NCBI GenBank assembly: GCA_025355765.1
Contig: JANXZB010000037.1
Span: forward strand, 689 to 64,688
Source: Actinomycetes bacterium
Lineage (GTDB): Bacteria; Actinomycetota; Actinomycetes; Nanopelagicales; Nanopelagicaceae
DNA: 64,000 nt
Direction of reading: 5' to 3'
The position numbers and the translations under genes were made by a program. The notes under the pieces are model-generated. The model saw only the letters and a program-made list of their open reading frames with translations. It made no database searches and was not told the origin of the DNA. Of this stretch, positions 51,090-58,967 are shown piece after piece. Within the stretch, counting starts at the first letter, position 1. Each line of letters begins with the position of its first letter.

Positions 51090-52967
51090 TCATCCTTTGA
51101 GCACCTTAGCTGACACTAATTGCCGCGTAAGCAAAGGGTCCAAATGCACGGCAAAATCAACGCTCATGTGCGTGGAATCCCGATAGACAACAATCCCCTT
51201 GAGTATCGCTGGACATGATGTGGAGCAGAACCAATTTGTCGGATCAATGATGGTATTTGTGCTACCAAGACTCTGGCCTAACCACTGCTCCGAGGCGGGG
51301 CGGGAAACGGCGCATGACGCGACTTTCTCCTGTAAAAGACAGGAAGGAATATCCCTATTTGGCCAAGGGGTGTCCTGGATGTAGATGGAGTGCTGGGTTA
51401 AAGCATGCAAGCGAACCATCGTGGACGTAACACCTTTTCTCCACCAGAGTGCGGCGTCCGCGACACCATTCGGTGGCGAATAATGCTCAAAATTAGAGAC
51501 GACTACCGCCCAAGGATGCTCTGCTTGAATTCTTCTAAATGAATTCTCGCGCCAAAGCTGGCATGGGCCATTGCGAAAAGCACCTTGATCTGCAAGTTGA
51601 ACACTTGCCGCAGGGCAACTCGATTTAGTGAGAACTACCAATTTGAAGCCACCATTTGCGGCAATTGAATTCAAGGTCGGAAACCACTGCGCCGCATGTG
51701 AGTCCCCAAAGAGAAATATCGACTTGGTTCCGTAGATGTCGCCATAGACACACGGTGGTGAGGTTGTGGCCGTCTTGCCCACTTGGCAGCCATCAGCGTA
51801 AATCGCCGGTAATCGGGTAATGGCCTTAAGTGCGGTGGTACCTGCGATTCCTCTGATCTGTAGATCCTTAGCCGAAGAGTAGGAAATTCCTACGCCCAGA
51901 ATTGACACTATGAGCGTGCCGAGCGCGGCGAGGCGAATTACGGACGAGAAGGGTTTGTGAACATGGCGTAAGGGATTCTCCACGAAGCGATGCGTTAAGC
52001 CAGCAAGTATGAAGGTTAGAGCAATTGAACCTAACCGCTGCAGAATTGAAAGCGGGGCATGAATGACGTAGATAGGAAGGACTAAAGCTGGCCAGTGCCA
52101 CAAATACAAAGGATAGGAGACGTCACCGATCCATTGAATTAACCGCAGATTAAAAACCCACGAGAGCACAGGAGGTAACTCCTTGACCAGAAAAAGTAGC
52201 AAGGCCGCCCCAAGGGTCGGCAACAGGGCCGCTCGCCCAGGGAAAAGCGTGTTCTCGTTGAACGAAAATGCTGCAACGAATATCCCCGCCAGGGCCAGCC
52301 AACTCGCAGAGCGCAGTCGACGAAACTCTATGGGAAGGTCGCGCGCGAACACCACGAGTGCGCCAAGACCGAGTTCCCATGCCCTTGTCGGAAGTGAATA
52401 GAACGTCCAAATCGGGAACTTTGACGTTGCGAACAATGAGAGTGCGAATGAGAAGAGGGTGACCATTGCAAGGACCTTGAAAACCCGCGAACTTCGACTA
52501 TTTCTTGCAGCTATCAAGATAATTAGAGGCCAGAGAAGGTAGAACTGCTCCTCGACGGCAAGTGACCAGAAGTGGATGATCGGTGACGGAGTTGCCCCAA
52601 GATTTTGGTAATCATTTTGCCACCAGGCGAATACGTAGTTGCTCACGTACAGTGCGGCCGCGACAATATTTCGCCCGAGGTTTGCTCGCGCACTTGAGGG
52701 CATCACTATAAAAGAAATGACCGCCGTCGAGACAAGAACGAGAAAGGTGGAGGGGAGGAGTCGTTTGATTCGTCGCGAGTAGAAGTTCGGCAGAGAAATG
52801 GACCCTGTCTCTTTCAGCTCTCGCAAAAGCAGACCCGTTATGAGATACCCCGAGATCACGTAAAAGATATCGACGCCTATGAATCCGCCCGAGAGAAATT
52901 TGCCGTGGAAGGCAATGACCAGAAGCACCGCCAAGGCACGCAGACCTTGAATCTCTTTGATACGCAT
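51090..52967 (-). CDS. Acyltransferase-3 family membrane O-acyltransferase with C-terminal SGNH-like domain (OafA/YrhL-like)
   Basis: 625 aa with the N-terminus IQGLRALAVLLVIAFH, about 10 TM helices and an extracytoplasmic C-terminal domain (FLFGDSHAAQW). Its start overlaps the apt stop (TAATG). Confidence 0.85.
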   Translation of the reverse strand: MRIKEIQGLRALAVLLVIAFHGKFLSGGFIGVDIFYVISGYLITGLLLRELKETGSISLPNFYSRRIKRLLPSTFLVLVSTAVISFIVMPSSARANLGRNIVAAALYVSNYVFAWWQNDYQNLGATPSPIIHFWSLAVEEQFYLLWPLIILIAARNSRSSRVFKVLAMVTLFSFALSLFATSKFPIWTFYSLPTRAWELGLGALVVFARDLPIEFRRLRSASWLALAGIFVAAFSFNENTLFPGRAALLPTLGAALLLFLVKELPPVLSWVFNLRLIQWIGDVSYPLYLWHWPALVLPIYVIHAPLSILQRLGSIALTFILAGLTHRFVENPLRHVHKPFSSVIRLAALGTLIVSILGVGISYSSAKDLQIRGIAGTTALKAITRLPAIYADGCQVGKTATTSPPCVYGDIYGTKSIFLFGDSHAAQWFPTLNSIAANGGFKLVVLTKSSCPAASVQLADQGAFRNGPCQLWRENSFRRIQAEHPWAVVVSNFEHYSPPNGVADAALWWRKGVTSTMVRLHALTQHSIYIQDTPWPNRDIPSCLLQEKVASCAVSRPASEQWLGQSLGSTNTIIDPTNWFCSTSCPAILKGIVVYRDSTHMSVDFAVHLDPLLTRQLVSAKVLKG

Positions 52968-53500
52968 TACACGGTGAAGATCGAGTGCACTGGAACCTCA
53001 GGAAATTCCAAGGCGATTCGCTTGCGAGATTCTAAAGAAGAGATTTCGAGAACTGAGCCGACCGCCGACACGGTTCCCCCTGATCGGGAGATCAACCGAA
53101 TGCCGGCGCAGATTGTTCCTCCAGTCGCAAGTACATCGTCTATAAGGAGGACTCGGGACCCAATTTCGATGGCATCTTGATGAATTGCGATGACATCTGA
53201 ACCATATTCAAGGCCATAACTTTCCTCATGAGTGTCGAAGGGCAATTTGCCTTTCTTGCGTATGGGTACGAACCCCAATCCAGTTGCATATGCAATTGCA
53301 GCTGCAAATATGAAGCCGCGCGCTTCAACACCGGCCACGACGTCGCACGCTTGGGCAAGCGGCATAAATTCTGAGATGACAGCCTGGAAGGAGGGGCCGT
53401 GGGCAAGTAATGGCGTCAAGTCTTGGAATGAAATCCCTGGAATGGGGTAGTCAGGAATCTGCCTTATTAAGGCGCGAGCCTGCGCCAGGGCTGAATCCAT
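52967..53500 (-). CDS. apt: Adenine phosphoribosyltransferase
   Basis: 177 aa with IPDYPIPGI.F.D.TPLL and the PRTase motif (VLLIDDVLATGGT). Confidence 0.94.
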   Translation of the reverse strand: MDSALAQARALIRQIPDYPIPGISFQDLTPLLAHGPSFQAVISEFMPLAQACDVVAGVEARGFIFAAAIAYATGLGFVPIRKKGKLPFDTHEESYGLEYGSDVIAIHQDAIEIGSRVLLIDDVLATGGTICAGIRLISRSGGTVSAVGSVLEISSLESRKRIALEFPEVPVHSIFTV

Positions 53501-53551
53501 GTAGGAAGATTACCGCCAATCGCGCCGCCCTTAGGCTCAAAATCGCCTACA

Positions 53552-53652
53552 CCCACAAGGTGCATGGTCAATTTATCCAGAACTCTCACAGAATGGCGAC
53601 CCAATCTTGCGTTGTAAAGCAAATCAGCTTTGCACTTGCGAGGAGGTACCTC
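53552..53652 (+). promoter_or_regulatory. Conserved ~100-nt leader, copy 1 of 3 (unknown cis-regulatory element)
   Basis: Aligns with 54503-54605 and 55508-55610. Shared blocks are CCCACA.GGTGC.GG.TC.ATTTA, CAGAACTCTCACAGAAT and GCTTTGCACTTGC..GGAGGT.C.CATG. Confidence 0.6.
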
Positions 53653-54420
53653 ATGAAAAGAAACAAGATCGTCACAGCCACACTGCTAAGTGCTGGCTTG
53701 ATCTTAGGAACAACGAGCGCAGCATTTGCTGTCGACCCAACACCTACTGCAACTGTGACCACGGCTAACTACAACTCTCAGGTAGCGGCGTACAACTCTT
53801 CACTGATTGCATTTGATAGCGCAACTGCGACATTCAAGCTTCAGGTAGCTACGTATGCGACGGCGTTCCAGGTGTACAAAACTTCATATAACACTGCACT
53901 CCAGACTTACAAAGCAATTCTGAAGGCGAACTCGCCTGCAACCACCGCCGCCCAATACGCGGTCTTAGTGACTGCGTACAACACCGCAATGACTGCCTTT
54001 ACCACCGCTACGGTGACTTATAAGGCCGCATTGAGTGTTTACCAAGGTGCTGGAGTAACTTACAAGAGTGCATTCCAGAGCATTTCACAGGCTTACAAGG
54101 CTGTCTCTGAATCACGCGAACAGTTGAAGAAATCCATCAATGGTGCTTTTGACACTGCAGTTCACAATGCGAATGTTGCGTTCGCCAATGCAATGTCAAC
54201 GGCCACAACTGACGCTCAGAAAACTGCTGCCACCAATGCTCGTCAAAATGCGATTGCTGCTGCAGTCGTCGCCCGCAAAGCAGGCATTGACGCCCTAGGC
54301 GTCAAGCTTGTAAAGCCAGTGAAGGCTGAGATCAAGGTCAGCTCCAATGACGACAGTTTCAAGGCTGATCGACCAGTACGACCAATTCGACCAGCTCATC
54401 CTGAAAAGCCAAAGAAGTAA
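53653..54420 (+). CDS. Secreted Ala/Thr/Tyr-rich heptad-repeat protein, paralogue 1 (unknown function)
   Basis: The ATG lies 8 nt after a GAGGAGG RBS. It has a Sec signal peptide (MKRNKIVTATLLSAGLILGTTSAAFA|VD), a low-complexity helical mature region and a Pro/Lys-rich C-terminal tail. Confidence 0.8.
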   Translation: MKRNKIVTATLLSAGLILGTTSAAFAVDPTPTATVTTANYNSQVAAYNSSLIAFDSATATFKLQVATYATAFQVYKTSYNTALQTYKAILKANSPATTAAQYAVLVTAYNTAMTAFTTATVTYKAALSVYQGAGVTYKSAFQSISQAYKAVSESREQLKKSINGAFDTAVHNANVAFANAMSTATTDAQKTAATNARQNAIAAAVVARKAGIDALGVKLVKPVKAEIKVSSNDDSFKADRPVRPIRPAHPEKPKK

Positions 54421-54433
54421 AGTAATGAATTAA

Positions 54434-54490
54434 TCTCCGAGAATCGCGGAGATGCAAGAAACCCCCGGCATGCGTCGGGGGTTTCTTGCA
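54434..54490 (+). terminator. Two consecutive hairpins after paralogue 1 (small hairpin plus 15-bp perfect-stem terminator-like hairpin)
   Basis: TCTCCG(54434-39) pairs with CGGAGA(54447-52). Then TGCAAGAAACCCCCG(54453-67) pairs with CGGGGGTTTCTTGCA(54476-90). Confidence 0.7.
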
Positions 54491-54502
54491 TCACGGGAGT
54501 GG

Positions 54503-54605
54503 CTCCCACAAGGTGCTGGGTCGATTTACGCAGAACTCTCACAGAATTACCCCCCAGTCTTTGGTTGTAGAGCACATTTGCTTTGCACTTGCAGGGAGGT
54601 TCCAC
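54503..54605 (+). promoter_or_regulatory. Conserved ~100-nt leader, copy 2 of 3
   Basis: See copy 1. It ends in GCAGGGAGGTTCCACATG. Confidence 0.6.
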
Positions 54606-55430
54606 ATGAAAACGAAGAAGATCATTACGGCCACACTTTTGAGTGCTGGCTTGATCTTAGGCAGTACGACCGCGGCCCATGCCGTGGATCCGACACCTAC
54701 TGCAACTCTCACTTTGGCTACTTACAATTCCCAGGTAGTCGCATATAACTCCTCGCTGATTGCATTTGACAGTGCGACAGCCACATTTAAAATTCAGGTA
54801 GCCGCATATACGACCGCTGTTCAGACTTACCAGACTTCCTACAACACGGCCCTTCAGACCTACCAAGCAATCCTTAAGGCCAATTCCCCTGTTACTACTG
54901 CGGCTCAATATGCCGTCTTAGTGGCTGCCTACAACACGGCAATGACTTCATATAACGCAGCTACCGTTACTTTCAAGGCGCAATTAAGCACCTTCCAAGC
55001 AGCAGCTGCAATTTACAACATTGCATATCAGGGCGTTCGCCAAGGGTACAAAACTCTTGAAGAGATGCGTGAGCAGTTGTTGAAGTCAATAAATGTTGCC
55101 TTCAACACCGCTGTTCAGAATGCAAATGTTGCTTTCGCAACTGCCATGTCGACAGCGACAACCGATGTTCAAAAGAGCACCGCGGTAACTACTCGTGACA
55201 GTGCAGTCGTTGCAGCCGTTGCGGTACGCAAAGCTGCTCTTGATGCCTTAGGTGCGAACCCGGTAAAGCCCGCCAATCTGCAGGTAAAGACAGGCGACAA
55301 GGACAAGGGCTTCAATGCCTTTAAGCCTGTTCAACCTGTCAAACCTGCTCATTTTGAGAAGGCTGACAACGCACGAAGCTCTAACAATTCACATAAGTCT
55401 GGTAAGTCACATAAATCAGAGAAGCATTAA
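54606..55430 (+). CDS. Secreted Ala/Thr/Tyr-rich heptad-repeat protein, paralogue 2
   Basis: Signal peptide MKTKKIITATLLSAGLILGSTTAAHA|VD. By eye it is roughly two-thirds or more identical to paralogue 1. It has a Ser/His/Lys-rich tail. Confidence 0.8.
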   Translation: MKTKKIITATLLSAGLILGSTTAAHAVDPTPTATLTLATYNSQVVAYNSSLIAFDSATATFKIQVAAYTTAVQTYQTSYNTALQTYQAILKANSPVTTAAQYAVLVAAYNTAMTSYNAATVTFKAQLSTFQAAAAIYNIAYQGVRQGYKTLEEMREQLLKSINVAFNTAVQNANVAFATAMSTATTDVQKSTAVTTRDSAVVAAVAVRKAALDALGANPVKPANLQVKTGDKDKGFNAFKPVQPVKPAHFEKADNARSSNNSHKSGKSHKSEKH

Positions 55431-55484
55431 TCTCCACAAATAATTGGAGAGGTGAAAGAACCCCTGGATCGTCGGGGGTTCTTT
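55431..55484 (+). terminator. Two consecutive hairpins after paralogue 2
   Basis: TCTCCA(55431-36) pairs with TGGAGA(55445-50). Then AAAGAACCCC(55455-64) pairs with GGGGTTCTTT(55475-84), followed by TG. Confidence 0.7.
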
Positions 55485-55507
55485 TGCATGCCGGGGAGAA
55501 CTTTTCA

Positions 55508-55610
55508 CTCCCACACGGTGCTGGGTCGATTTACGCAGGGCTTTCGCAGGGTGACACAGCATTCTTATTACGTAGAGCACATCAGCTTTGCACTTGCAGG
55601 GAGGTTCCAC
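55508..55610 (+). promoter_or_regulatory. Conserved ~100-nt leader, copy 3 of 3
   Basis: See copy 1. It carries CAGGGCTTTCGCAGGGT in place of CAGAACTCTCACAGAAT. Confidence 0.6.
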
Positions 55611-56354
55611 ATGAAGACAAATAAGTTCATCACGGCCACACTCTTGAGTGCTGGCCTGGTTCTGGGAACAACGAGTGCGGCTTTTGCCGTCGATCTTGCG
55701 CCAAGGGCAAATTTGACCGTTGCTTCATACTCATCACAAATTGCCACATATAACTTAATGTCGGCCTCGTTCGACGCCGCAACCGCGACATTTCGAACTC
55801 AAGTATCCACATATGCTGCTGCCATAGCCGCATACAAGGTTTCAGATGCCGCATTGCAGCAGACCTATCAGGCCATACTGAAGGCCAATGTTCCTGCGAC
55901 CACTGTCCTTCGCTTTGCAAACGTGATGACCGCCTATAAGACGGCCACCGTTGCTTACAACAGTTCTGCAACCCTATTCATGTCGCAGTCCAACACCTAT
56001 CAATATGCCGTGCAAAGCTACGAGAAGTCTTACCAAGCTGCCATCGCCAGCTACAAAGTCACCCTTGGCATGTACGAAGGTCTTTACGCCACTATCTATA
56101 CGGCGTTTGAGACTTCCATGCATAATGTCAACTCCACCTTCGCCGTTGCGTTGAGAGCTTCTAAGACCAAGGCTCAGAAAGCTAGCGCCATCAAGGTGCG
56201 CCACATCGCCGTGCTAGCTGCTATCGCAACTCGTAGTGCGGCCCGCGTGGAGCTCGGAGCTAAGCCAATGAGCCCGATCCAGCAGATCAAGATTGGACAG
56301 AAGGCTGATGCTTTCAAGGCTCTTCGTCCGGTCCGTCCAGTGAAGTCGGCTTAG
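55611..56354 (+). CDS. Secreted Ala/Thr/Tyr-rich heptad-repeat protein, paralogue 3 (most diverged)
   Basis: Signal peptide MKTNKFITATLLSAGLVLGTTSAAFA|VD. It has the same aromatic register as paralogues 1 and 2 and a shorter tail (RPVRPVKSA). Confidence 0.8.
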   Translation: MKTNKFITATLLSAGLVLGTTSAAFAVDLAPRANLTVASYSSQIATYNLMSASFDAATATFRTQVSTYAAAIAAYKVSDAALQQTYQAILKANVPATTVLRFANVMTAYKTATVAYNSSATLFMSQSNTYQYAVQSYEKSYQAAIASYKVTLGMYEGLYATIYTAFETSMHNVNSTFAVALRASKTKAQKASAIKVRHIAVLAAIATRSAARVELGAKPMSPIQQIKIGQKADAFKALRPVRPVKSA

Positions 56355-56384
56355 CCGATACCTAGCAGTACCGATTTGCCAGGG

Positions 56385-56411
56385 GCTCCGGAGTACGCCG
56401 GGGCTCTTTGG
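56385..56411 (+). terminator. Candidate intrinsic terminator after paralogue 3
   Basis: GCTCCGG and CCGGGGC form a stem (one G-U pair) with loop AGTACG, followed by TCTTTGGT. Confidence 0.5.
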
Positions 56412-56435
56412 TATGTGAAAACGGGAGGATCCTTG

Positions 56436-56519
56436 TGTCCGAACGGGGACTTGAACCCCGAAGCCCTTGCGGGCACTAGCACCTCAAGCTAGCGCGTCTG
56501 CCAATTCCGCCACCCGGAC
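56436..56519 (-). tRNA. tRNA-Leu (anticodon GAG)
   Basis: The reverse complement folds as a class II tRNA: acceptor GUCCGGG/UUCGGAC, anticodon stem CUAGC/GCUAG with loop UUGAGGU, a long variable arm, and a T-arm CGGGG-UUCAAGU-CCCCG. CCA is not encoded. Confidence 0.9.
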
Positions 56520-56590
56520 GAGTGAAGGACAAGGGTATCAACGCAGGCTGCTAGAGACAAAAGGAGCCTTTTTTCAGAGAGAATGGCCTT

Positions 56591-57928
56591 ATGAACTCAC
56601 CTGTCAATCAAGACCTTAGCCAGAATCAACTCTCCGAACTCGAACAAGACGCAATCACTATGTGCCAGGAGATGATCAGAATTCCCAGCGTTAATTTTGG
56701 CGAGGGTAAAGGCGATGAGAAGGCGATGGCCGACTACGTCGTCAGTAAACTGGCCGAGGTCGGAATTACTTCACGTATTTATGAGGCAGCCCCTGGTCGA
56801 TGCAATGTCGTCGCAAATATCGAAAGTGCAGACAATGTGCGCCCAGGATTGGTCGTGCATGGCCATATCGATGTTGTTCCTGCAAATGCCGAAGACTGGT
56901 CAGTGGATCCCTTCAGTGGCGAGATACGTGACGGAATGATCTGGGGCCGCGGCGCACTCGATATGAAAAACATGGATGCCATGATCTTGGCAATCGTCCG
57001 TAAATGGGCTCGCATCGGTTACAAGCCGCCTCGCAATCTGGTTCTTGTCTTCTTTGCCGACGAAGAAGCAGGTATGACTTACGGCTCACGATGGATGACT
57101 AAAGAACATCCGGAAGTTTTCGCTGGCTGCACCGAGGCAATTTCAGAGGTGGGCGGCTTCTCGGTGACCGTGGGAGATGGAAAAAGACTTTATTTAGTTG
57201 AGGGTGCACAAAAGGGAATACATTGGATGAAGTTGACTGCTCATGGTCGCGCTGGCCACGGTTCCATGATGAACGATGACAACGCAATTACTGCAGTGGC
57301 AACAGCAGTTCAGAAAATTGGCAATCACGCATGGCCGCAGCGCTACACAAAGACTGTCAAAGTCTTTTTCGAGCAAGTCGCCAAGGCCACAAATAAGCCA
57401 TTTGATCTCTCCGACCTTCGTCCTTTGCTGAAGGAACTGGGTTCAACTGCGCGAATGATCGGGGCCACCTTGCAGAACTCCGCCAACCCAACGATGCTGG
57501 AAGCGGGCTATAAAGCCAACGTCATTCCCCAGAGTGCCTCGGCCATCATTGACGGTCGCTTTCTTCCAGGGTTTGAAGATGAACTCAACGCCACAATTCG
57601 CGAATTAATCGGACCAGATATCGAGATTGAAACTGTGAACCGTGATATCGCCCTGGAAGTAGATTTCGAAGGCGATTTGGTTGATGCGATGTGCAATGCG
57701 CTGAGATCGCAAGATCCAGATGGAATTCCGGTCCCTTATTGCATGAGCGGTGGGACCGACAATAAGGCCCTGTCAGATCTTGGGATTGTGGGCTATGGAT
57801 TTTCGCCGTTGCGCCTTCCTCCGGATTTGGACTTCATGTCGCTATTTCACGGTGTGGATGAGCGCGTTCCCGTCGACGGTATCGCTTTCGGGGTGAGGGT
57901 TCTGGAAAATTTCTTGGAGAATTGCTAA
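56591..57928 (+). CDS. M20/M25/M40 family metallopeptidase
   Basis: 445 aa with VVHGHIDVVP, GRGALDMK and FFADEE metal-ligand motifs. Confidence 0.85.
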   Translation: MNSPVNQDLSQNQLSELEQDAITMCQEMIRIPSVNFGEGKGDEKAMADYVVSKLAEVGITSRIYEAAPGRCNVVANIESADNVRPGLVVHGHIDVVPANAEDWSVDPFSGEIRDGMIWGRGALDMKNMDAMILAIVRKWARIGYKPPRNLVLVFFADEEAGMTYGSRWMTKEHPEVFAGCTEAISEVGGFSVTVGDGKRLYLVEGAQKGIHWMKLTAHGRAGHGSMMNDDNAITAVATAVQKIGNHAWPQRYTKTVKVFFEQVAKATNKPFDLSDLRPLLKELGSTARMIGATLQNSANPTMLEAGYKANVIPQSASAIIDGRFLPGFEDELNATIRELIGPDIEIETVNRDIALEVDFEGDLVDAMCNALRSQDPDGIPVPYCMSGGTDNKALSDLGIVGYGFSPLRLPPDLDFMSLFHGVDERVPVDGIAFGVRVLENFLENC

Positions 57929-58872
57929 ATCGCCGACGCGTCATCCAAAGCGCTTCGAACAATGTAAGGCAACGAAATCTCCTCGGACATGAGAATTCCG
58001 CGCAATTGAGCACCGGTGCGAGCGCCAACAATTGCACTTGTGACTCCAACTCGGTCGCGCACCCATGTCAAGGCGACTTCCAAAGGAGAGTAACCCAGGC
58101 CCTCAGCTGCAACGTTTACGGCTTCAACAATTCGTCCGCTCCTGGTATCCATGTACGGCTCAACGAAACCAGCAAAATGTGGACTGGCACCTCGTGAGTC
58201 GCTTGGCGTTCCCATTCGGTATTTGCCGGTGAGGACACCGCGGCCAAGCGGGGACCACGCTAGGAAACCAACATCCAATTCGCCGGCGCAGGGGAGTATC
58301 TCCTTTTCAACCTCTCGATTGAGCAGGGAATATTCGTTTTGAAGAGAGGCGATGGGCGCTTTTGTTGGGAAGGATTCCTGTCGGGTGATAGCGCGCGCAC
58401 TCTGCCAGCCTGCGAAGTTGGAGACACCTACGTATCTTGCTCGCCCGCTCGAATAGGCGTAGTCGAGTGCAGAGAGAGTGTCGTCCAAAGGGTTGAACGG
58501 ATCCCAAGCGTGAACTTGCCACAAATCAATAAAGTCAGTCCCCAAACGATTGAGAGAATTATCGAGCTCAGCGATCAAAGCCCGGCGCGATGAATTGACT
58601 ACGCGTTCTCCTTCTTGAAAGGAAATTCCGGCCTTTGTAGAGATGAGGATGTCTGCTCGTTGAAAGAGGGTCCCGATGAGTCCGCCGATTACCCGTTCGC
58701 TGTCGCCGTCTCCGTAGAGCGCAGCCGTATCCAAGAAATTTCCCCCAGCATCGAGGTAGGCCCGTGCCTGATCGGCCGCTTCGTGCTCATCCGTATCTCG
58801 CCCCCAGGTCATTGTGCCCAGGCCAAGGCGGGATATCAGAAGCCCACTTTTGCCTGCGCGCCGAAATTCCAT
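57925..58872 (-). CDS. Aldo/keto reductase
   Basis: 315 aa with the N-terminus G.SGL.IS.LGLGTMTWG and the AKR catalytic residues context (D...Y...K...H). Confidence 0.88.
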   Translation of the reverse strand: MEFRRAGKSGLLISRLGLGTMTWGRDTDEHEAADQARAYLDAGGNFLDTAALYGDGDSERVIGGLIGTLFQRADILISTKAGISFQEGERVVNSSRRALIAELDNSLNRLGTDFIDLWQVHAWDPFNPLDDTLSALDYAYSSGRARYVGVSNFAGWQSARAITRQESFPTKAPIASLQNEYSLLNREVEKEILPCAGELDVGFLAWSPLGRGVLTGKYRMGTPSDSRGASPHFAGFVEPYMDTRSGRIVEAVNVAAEGLGYSPLEVALTWVRDRVGVTSAIVGARTGAQLRGILMSEEISLPYIVRSALDDASAI

Positions 58873-58967
58873 GAACCGACCCTAGCAAGGCAGAGAGGTG
58901 AATTCCCCGTTAACCTTCTCCTCTGTCCTGGTAATTTTTTTCACTCGGCGGATTTCAAGAAGGCGGG

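Noticed and set aside
54396-55610. Two minus-strand ORFs (54396-54605 and 55416-55610) that both start MEPPCKCKA, which looks like a conserved small protein.
   Set aside because: They are the reverse complement of the duplicated leader/RBS block (..GCTTTGCACTTGCAGGGAGGTTCCACATG). Their similarity ends where the leaders diverge, they run through the terminator hairpins, and they have no RBS. The conservation is explained by the plus-strand leader.
53501-56519. The idea that the secreted-protein array is a genomic island integrated at the 3' end of tRNA-Leu.
   Set aside because: The array does abut the tRNA 3' end. However, there is no integrase, no recognisable direct repeat of the tRNA 3' segment near 53.5 kb, and no other mobility gene. 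Local tandem duplication is sufficient to explain it.
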